Below the pieces are notes generated by a model. That model ran no database searches. It was not told the origin of the DNA and worked only from the letters and a program-made list of their open reading frames with translations. The position numbers and the translations under genes were made by a program. From contig JBHIAH010000043.1 of assembly GCA_046758505.1 (NCBI GenBank), forward strand, positions 1 to 21,877: a DNA stretch of 21,877 nt. The letters are read 5' to 3'. This document shows, one piece after another, positions 16,734-21,877 of this stretch. Origin of the DNA: Candidatus Methylomirabilales bacterium. Lineage in GTDB: Bacteria; Methylomirabilota; Methylomirabilia; Methylomirabilales; CSP1-5. Position 1 is the stretch's first letter, and every line of letters starts with the position of its first letter.

Positions 16734-18983
16734 ATGATTGGGAATCGAGTGACAGGGGATATCTTTCGAGTCGAGAACGATCCGCGGTGGCTTGTGACAA
16801 TTGAGGGCTGGACTCCGAAACATGAGCCTGCGGTCGAGTCGCTCTGCGCCCTCGTGAACGGGTATTGTGGCGTACGAGCGGCTGTGGAGGAAGGGAGCAG
16901 CGTCTCAAACCCGGCGACGTTTTTGAATGGCGTGTTTGACGCGGCCCACGACATGGTCGCTCAGTCTGCTGCAACACCGGAGCATCAGGTGATCGCCGCA
17001 CCCACGCCGGAGCTTGTCAAAGGCCCAGATTGGTCGCGCATCCGCGTCATGCTCGAAGGGGTCCCGTTGCAGGTCGTCGAGGATCACTTGCTGCACCACA
17101 AGCGGATCCTCGATATGCGTCGTGGTGTCCTTGTCCGCGAGTGGCGGGTACGTCACGGGACACGCACAACGTCTCTCCGTTCACTGCGCTTCGCTTCCCT
17201 GGACGATCGCCATCTGTTAGGACAGGTTCTTGAGATCACGCCGGAGGACTGGTCGGGGCAGATTGTGCTTGAAATGCTCGTTGAAGACGATGTGACAAAC
17301 GAGGGAGGGGTACGTCATTTGATCGGCCTGCAAACGCATCGAGACTCAGATCGACTACTGTTAACGGCTGTCACATCAGAAAAGGGTATTGCGATCTGTC
17401 TGGGGGCGTGGGCTCGGCTGACGACTGGACATGGAACCCAAATGGATGGTGTCCAGGAATGTACACAACAGGCTCTCATCCATCGCTGGGTCTTTCAGGC
17501 AGAACGTGGCCAATCGTATACCTGTCACAAACTATGCGCACTCTTTACTTCCCGTGATTCCCCAAAGCCCGCAGAGCGAGTGTCCAAAGAATTAGATAGA
17601 GCCGTCGTACAGGGATTCCCTGCAATACTCACAGCGAGTACCCGATCGTGGGGTCTCCGTTGGGCAAGCACTGATATTCGCATTGATGGAGATGACATCA
17701 TCCAGCACCAGACGCGGTTTGCGCTCTACCATCTGATTGGGTGTGCCAATCCCGCCGATGAGTATGCATCCCCAGGTGCTCGTTCATTGACGGGTGAACG
17801 GTATAAAGGGCACGTTTTTTGGGACACGGAAATCTTTGTTCTTCCCTTTTTCATTTTCACTCACCCGCCCACGGCGAGGGCACTGTTGATGTATCGCTAC
17901 CACACCTTGCCCGCCGCGCGGAATAAGGCTCACTCACTTGGTTATCGGGGCGCGTTGTATGCATGGGAATCGACTGATACCGGGGTAGACGTGACGCCGT
18001 CGTTCGTGATCAATGCGGCAGGCGAGCGGCTTGAGATTCTCACGGGCTTGCAGGAACACCATATTTCGGCCGATATCGGCTACGCCATCTGGCAGTATTG
18101 GAAAGCGACAGACGATACCGCGTTTTTTGTCCACGCTGGAGCCGAGATGCTGTGTGAAATTGCCCGCTTTTGGGCGAGTCGCGTCGTGCAGCGCGAAGAT
18201 GGTTGTTTTCATATCGAGGCGGCAATCGGGCCGGATGAGTATCATGAGACAGTCACAGATAATGCGTATACAAACTGCATGGCGCGCTGGGTATTGCGAC
18301 GCGCGGTGGATGCGGCCGGATGGCTGCGAATCCATCACGCCGAGCAATGGGTCGCATTATCGGAGAAGATTGGATTGGCGGATGAAGAGATTGACAGGTG
18401 GTCACACGTGGCGGAGAAGCTGGTTGATAATTGTGACCCCCACACCGGTCTCTTCGAGCAGTACCGCGGGTACTTTGATTTGGTACCAGTCGATTTAGGG
18501 GATTATGAGCCACGCGAGCAGACGATGGACGTGATATTGGGTTGGCAAGAGCTGGTCAGAACCCAGATTATCAAACAGGCGGATGTGGTGATGCTGCTCG
18601 TGTTGTTAGGACATCACTATTCCCGCAGCGTCTGGGAAGCAAACTATCGATTCTATGAACCGCGCACGTCGCATGACAGTTCATTGAGTGCGAGTATGCA
18701 CGCATTGATGGCGGCCCGACTGGGGGACCTCAACGATGCGGAGCGCTATTTTCGAAAAGCGGCTAGCATCGATTTAGATTTTGAGCACGGCGTGACGGCG
18801 GCAGGAGGAGTGCACATCGCCGCGTTGGGCGGTATGTGGCAAGCACTGGTGTTTGGATTTGGGGGCCTAATGGTGACCGATCAGGGGCCAACATTTGCGC
18901 CGCACGTACCAAAGGGGTGGGGTCCTCTGCGCATACCACTGCGATGGCGGGGGGAACAGCTTTACCACGACGTACATGCATAA
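16734..18983 (+). CDS. Glycoside hydrolase family 65 (alpha-glucoside phosphorylase; kojibiose/maltose/trehalose type)
   Basis: NGYCGVRA, YKGHVFWDTE, GALYAWES, HISADI, GPDEYH (catalytic Glu), KQAD, HDSSLS, GFGG. Substrate cannot be assigned by eye. Confidence 0.93.
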   Translation: MIGNRVTGDIFRVENDPRWLVTIEGWTPKHEPAVESLCALVNGYCGVRAAVEEGSSVSNPATFLNGVFDAAHDMVAQSAATPEHQVIAAPTPELVKGPDWSRIRVMLEGVPLQVVEDHLLHHKRILDMRRGVLVREWRVRHGTRTTSLRSLRFASLDDRHLLGQVLEITPEDWSGQIVLEMLVEDDVTNEGGVRHLIGLQTHRDSDRLLLTAVTSEKGIAICLGAWARLTTGHGTQMDGVQECTQQALIHRWVFQAERGQSYTCHKLCALFTSRDSPKPAERVSKELDRAVVQGFPAILTASTRSWGLRWASTDIRIDGDDIIQHQTRFALYHLIGCANPADEYASPGARSLTGERYKGHVFWDTEIFVLPFFIFTHPPTARALLMYRYHTLPAARNKAHSLGYRGALYAWESTDTGVDVTPSFVINAAGERLEILTGLQEHHISADIGYAIWQYWKATDDTAFFVHAGAEMLCEIARFWASRVVQREDGCFHIEAAIGPDEYHETVTDNAYTNCMARWVLRRAVDAAGWLRIHHAEQWVALSEKIGLADEEIDRWSHVAEKLVDNCDPHTGLFEQYRGYFDLVPVDLGDYEPREQTMDVILGWQELVRTQIIKQADVVMLLVLLGHHYSRSVWEANYRFYEPRTSHDSSLSASMHALMAARLGDLNDAERYFRKAASIDLDFEHGVTAAGGVHIAALGGMWQALVFGFGGLMVTDQGPTFAPHVPKGWGPLRIPLRWRGEQLYHDVHA

Positions 18984-19259
18984 GGATACGTACAGTAAGC
19001 GTGGGAGTCAGGCGGAACTTGCCCCGGTTTGACGGACACACCGAAAGGGGACACCATCCCCAAGGGGGTGTTGTACGTCTGAAACAGTGGGATGTTCCCT
19101 CTTCTGTCCGTCGATTATCTTGGTCCGCATAAAAGCCCAGACCCACTCTTGCGGGTAGGACATCCCCCACCTCTTGTCAGTGTGCGGTTAATGGTGCCAG
19201 CGGGAGACGAAGGGGGATGCCTCCGCCACTTCCATGGCTGCCCGGTTTTCCGAAGCAGG

Positions 19260-19379
19260 CTACCGGGGGTCAGTGAAGAGGCCTTCACGGAGCATCGGCC
19301 TCAGGATCACCATGGCAATGAGGATGGCAGTTGCCGGCACCAACAGTGGAAGCATGCTCGCCAATCGGCTCACCTTCAT
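19260..19379 (-). CDS. 39-aa single-pass membrane peptide
   Basis: SD AAGGAGG; MKVSRLASMLPLLVPATAILIAMVILRPMLREGLFTDPR*; upstream TTGACA-18-GATACT at 19480-19451. Not in the ORF track. Confidence 0.6.
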   Translation of the reverse strand: MKVSRLASMLPLLVPATAILIAMVILRPMLREGLFTDPR

Positions 19380-19565
19380 CATTCCCTCCTTTTCGGTTGT
19401 TCTGGAGTATGGCTAGCCTGATGCATGCCTGCCACGCCTCCGAGGGTTCAAGTATCCCCCCACGGTGGAAGGGGTGTCAAGTGCGCCGAATAGGTCACGG
19501 TGGATGCTGACCTGCGTATCCTTTCCCGCCTCCACTCTTTCACGTATAGCAGAAGAAAACACTCC

Positions 19566-19594
19566 TTGACAGGAAAAGGGGGACGTGTTATTGT
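19566..19594 (+). promoter_or_regulatory. Sigma70 promoter of cold-shock gene
   Basis: TTGACA-17-TATTGT with an extended -10 TG. Confidence 0.7.
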
Positions 19595-19753
19595 CCATCC
19601 AGCTTTCGTGATCGGCTTGTTGTGGAAACGAGAACCGCAAGGGCTTCATGGAGAGCCCGTGCGGTTTTTTTATGCCGTCGGGTCTCGTCGCGACGAGACC
19701 TCACCCCCGGGCAGTCCCCGGGGATCCTCAACAGAAAGGAGGGAGACAGGAAC

Positions 19754-19957
19754 ATGCGATACAGTGGCACCGTAAAGTGGTTCAACGACGCCAAGGGCTA
19801 CGGATTCATCGAGCGACCAGATGGTCCCGATGTATTTGTGCACTATTCGTCGATCCAAGGCGGTGGATTCAAGACGCTGTCCGAGGGGCAGTCGCTTGAG
19901 TTCGATGTCGTGGAAGGACCGAAGGGCGAGCAGGCGGCCAACGTCACCAAGCGATAG
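19754..19957 (+). CDS. cspA: Cold-shock protein, CspA family
   Basis: [15 protein letters not shown] (RNP1), DVFVHYS (RNP2), GFKTL, GPKG-x-QAANV; purine-rich SD region. The paralog letter is not determinable. Confidence 0.95.
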   Translation: MRYSGTVKWFNDAKGYGFIERPDGPDVFVHYSSIQGGGFKTLSEGQSLEFDVVEGPKGEQAANVTKR

Positions 19958-19980
19958 GTGGTCGAATGCAGCTCTGGGCA

Positions 19981-20019
19981 GAAAGGGCCTCGAGATTCCC
20001 GGGGCCCTTTCGCTTTTTT
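19981..20019 (+). terminator. Rho-independent terminator after csp, possibly bidirectional
   Basis: GAAAGGGCCTCG...CGGGGCCCTTTC followed by GCTTTTTT. Confidence 0.8.
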
Positions 20020-20195
20020 CGTCGGCTTGGCTGCGGGATCACCGGTGCGGCTTTGGGATCCGAGAGGTCGTCTAATAAGTAGTTGGTGCGCCGCCGATTG
20101 TGCCGGAGGTGGGCTCGGTGTTATGCCTACCCCGGGTCCATCCCTAACTCCTGTGGAGAGGGCCTAAGTATGCCCTCCCGGCCCAGGGCTGTCAA
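20020..20195 (-). ncRNA. Candidate small RNA gene (copy B)
   Basis: Minus strand TTGACA-17-CATACT (20195-20167), then AGGAG-N6-ATG GAC CCG GGG TAG and the shared hairpin core 20135-20103. The 3' end is assumed to be the csp terminator. Confidence 0.55.
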
Positions 20196-20248
20196 GCGCG
20201 GGCAGGTCAAGTCGGGTGCGGAGGAGGTGCATGGCCGATGGTCCGGTC

Positions 20249-20274
20249 AGATAATTGTACTTATCCCCATTTTC
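20249..20274. repeat. 26-bp exact direct repeat, dif-like site (copy 1)
   Basis: AGATAATTGTACTTATCCCCATTTTC, identical to 21262-21287; ATAA-N6-TTAT core. Confidence 0.85.
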
Positions 20275-20286
20275 ATTTTCATCGGG

Positions 20287-20886
20287 CTATGGTGCACAGC
20301 GAGACTGCTGCCGGACGTGGTGGATCCGAACGAGATACAGCAAGGCCCCGAGGTCGTAGCCGGCGTGCACGAAGATGGCGGGCAGCAGGTTGTCAGAGAC
20401 CATCAGCAGCCCACCGAGGTACAGGCCCAAAAGGGCTGCGATGGCCGCATAGGCCTCTGTGAGAAGATGCGCCAGCCCGAACAGGGCGCTGGCAAGGAGG
20501 AGGGCGACGAACGGGCCCAGCCAATCGGCCAGGGCGATCTGGATGACGCCCCGGAAGAGGATCTCCTCTCCCAGGCCCGCCGCGACCGCAACGAGGGTCA
20601 GCTCGAAATACGAGCACTCGGCAAAGACGGGGACGATCGTCTCAAACACCTCGTGCTGCAGGCGGCGCAAAGGCCCCCAGGACGATCGGGCGCACCACCA
20701 CATCCCCAGAAGCGGCGGCCAGATGGCGCCTATCCCCAGGACAACGGCTTGCCACCCCAGGGAGATGCGAGCAAACGGCGGATGTCCCGCCCACCAGCCC
20801 AGGCCCAGCGCCAGCCCAAGCAGGCCGCCCTCGAAGAGAACTGTTATCCACACAATCCGGCCAGAGACGGCGCGCGAGCCACTCAC
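20287..20886 (-). CDS. CPBP (Abi/CAAX, type II) intramembrane glutamic endopeptidase
   Basis: GEEILFRG, FGLAH, HAGYD motifs; several TMs; GTG 20886 follows GGGAGG. Confidence 0.9.
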   Translation of the reverse strand: MSGSRAVSGRIVWITVLFEGGLLGLALGLGWWAGHPPFARISLGWQAVVLGIGAIWPPLLGMWWCARSSWGPLRRLQHEVFETIVPVFAECSYFELTLVAVAAGLGEEILFRGVIQIALADWLGPFVALLLASALFGLAHLLTEAYAAIAALLGLYLGGLLMVSDNLLPAIFVHAGYDLGALLYLVRIHHVRQQSRCAP

Positions 20887-20910
20887 CCCCCCTCCCACTC
20901 TGCTGGGTCT

Positions 20911-21004
20911 TTGACAGCCTTCCCTCGCTGAACGATACCCAGGCCCCTTGGTAGGAGCAAGGGGGAGCCGGGGAAGGCATAGTCGATCGTCCTCCCCCGG
21001 TACA
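20911..21004 (+). ncRNA. Candidate small RNA gene (copy E, lacks the mini-ORF start)
   Basis: TTGACA-17-GATACC, then AGGCCC...AGGAG...CCGGGGAAGGCATA...CCCCGGTACA; 25/37 identical to copy B over hairpin + YACA. 3' end not defined. Confidence 0.45.
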
Positions 21005-21221
21005 CGGAGAAGAAAACGGGGAGAGCGCCGAATTTGTGACCAAACCGAAGCAGCAAAGATTGAGATTGGGATCAAGTCACTTGTCGGCCAAACTTCCCTC
21101 CTTCTCGATCCTACAGGTAAACGGGTGGGTGGCACGACATGACGCTCGTGGCCCTGTACCCCGTCTGCCGCTTAGCTCATACAAACGCATTTCATCTTGT
21201 GACAATCGAGCAATAGAGGGG

Positions 21222-21247
21222 GGAAAAGGGGACATTCAACTTTTTCG
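21222..21247. repeat. Degenerate inverted copy of the dif-like site
   Basis: GGAAAAGGGGACATTCAACTTTTTCG aligns 15/26 with the reverse complement of the 26-mer, with matches concentrated in the arms. Confidence 0.5.
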
Positions 21248-21261
21248 GGGGGTGGTGGCGG

Positions 21262-21287
21262 AGATAATTGTACTTATCCCCATTTTC
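21262..21287. repeat. 26-bp exact direct repeat, dif-like site (copy 2)
   Basis: Identical to 20249-20274. Confidence 0.85.
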
Positions 21288-21290
21288 CCT

Positions 21291-21785
21291 ATCCAGCTTC
21301 GCCAAGCCGTTCAAACAGCCTCCCTGCCCGACGCCTGGGCAGAGAAGATGCTCGGGAAGATCGAGGAATGGAAAAAGACTGAAGCCCAGGCGGCGGGCGC
21401 TGCCGCTCAACCGCTCAAAGACAGGCTCGCCGCGCTGGAGGCGAAGCTCGGCCGACTCCTCGACGGCTACCTGGACGGCGTCATCGCACGCGAGGAATAC
21501 GCGGGGCAGAAGGAAAAACTCCTATCGCAGAAGTCGGCCGTCACGGCGCGGCTTGGCCAGATTGAGCGGCAGGGGAATCACTGGCTCGAACCCTTGACAC
21601 AGTTCGTGTCAAGGGCTAACCAGGCCCATTCGGTGGCGGTCGGGGGAAATCTGGACTCGCTCAAGGAGTGGACGAGCCGGATTGGCTCGAACCACAGGCT
21701 GGCGGGCCGAACCGTGCGACTGGCATACGAAAACCCCTGGCGCCTCGTGGCCGCCAGGGGCAAAAATGACACTTGGTGGAGCTGA
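21291..21785 (+). pseudogene. C-terminal fragment of a large serine recombinase-like integrase
   Basis: Coiled coil LAALEAKLGRLLDGYLDGVIAREEY...K..L, then WLEP, GSN and PW, typical of large serine recombinase C-termini. Catalytic, recombinase and N-terminal zinc-ribbon parts are absent. The last codons overlap the tRNA 3' end. Confidence 0.65.
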
Positions 21786-21849
21786 CGGGATTCGAACCCG
21801 TGACCTCGTGACTGCCAGTCACGCGCGCTCCCAACTGCGCCACAGCCCC
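21774..21849 (-). tRNA. tRNA-Ala (anticodon GGC)
   Basis: 76 nt GGGGCTGTGGCGCAGTTGGGAGCGCGCGTGACTGGCAGTCACGAGGTCACGGGTTCGAATCCCGTCAGCTCCACCA; G3-U70 alanine determinant, TTCGA T-loop, encoded CCA. Confidence 0.98.
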
Positions 21850-21877
21850 AAAAAAGGAAGGAGAGCTGAGAGGCACC

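Noticed and set aside
21036..21290. 5' part of ORF 21036-21785 as genuine coding sequence
   Set aside because: It reads through the AT-rich repeat sites and lacks protein-like character; only the part after 21287 resembles a recombinase.

Overview
GC-rich bacterial chromosome segment. The left part (1-6357) is housekeeping: the 3' end of an FtsB/DivIC-like gene, a ChaN-family lipoprotein, a UvrD/PcrA helicase, a DUF72 protein and hflKC. A heptamer inverted-repeat spacer and a secreted DUF4139-type protein follow. The rest is an accessory tract ending at tRNA-Ala(GGC). It holds a duplicated hydrolase + membrane-protein module (one copy has an in-frame TGA), two PilZ genes, two tiny Cys-rich proteins, five sigma54-like promoters, an AT-richer beta-phosphoglucomutase + GH65 phosphorylase pair, a cold-shock gene, a CPBP protease and a truncated recombinase-like fragment running into the tRNA 3' end. 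The most interesting signals lie outside the ORF track: (i) at least three dispersed copies of an unrecognised promoter + 33-nt hairpin RNA-like element, two carrying an SD-M-x-P-G-stop mini-ORF; (ii) a 26-aa Fst/Ldr-like peptide with a sequestered SD, a candidate type I toxin; (iii) three dif-like sites in alternating orientation bracketing the CPBP gene and coinciding with the recombinase truncation point. All family calls come from motif recognition by eye; no searches were run.
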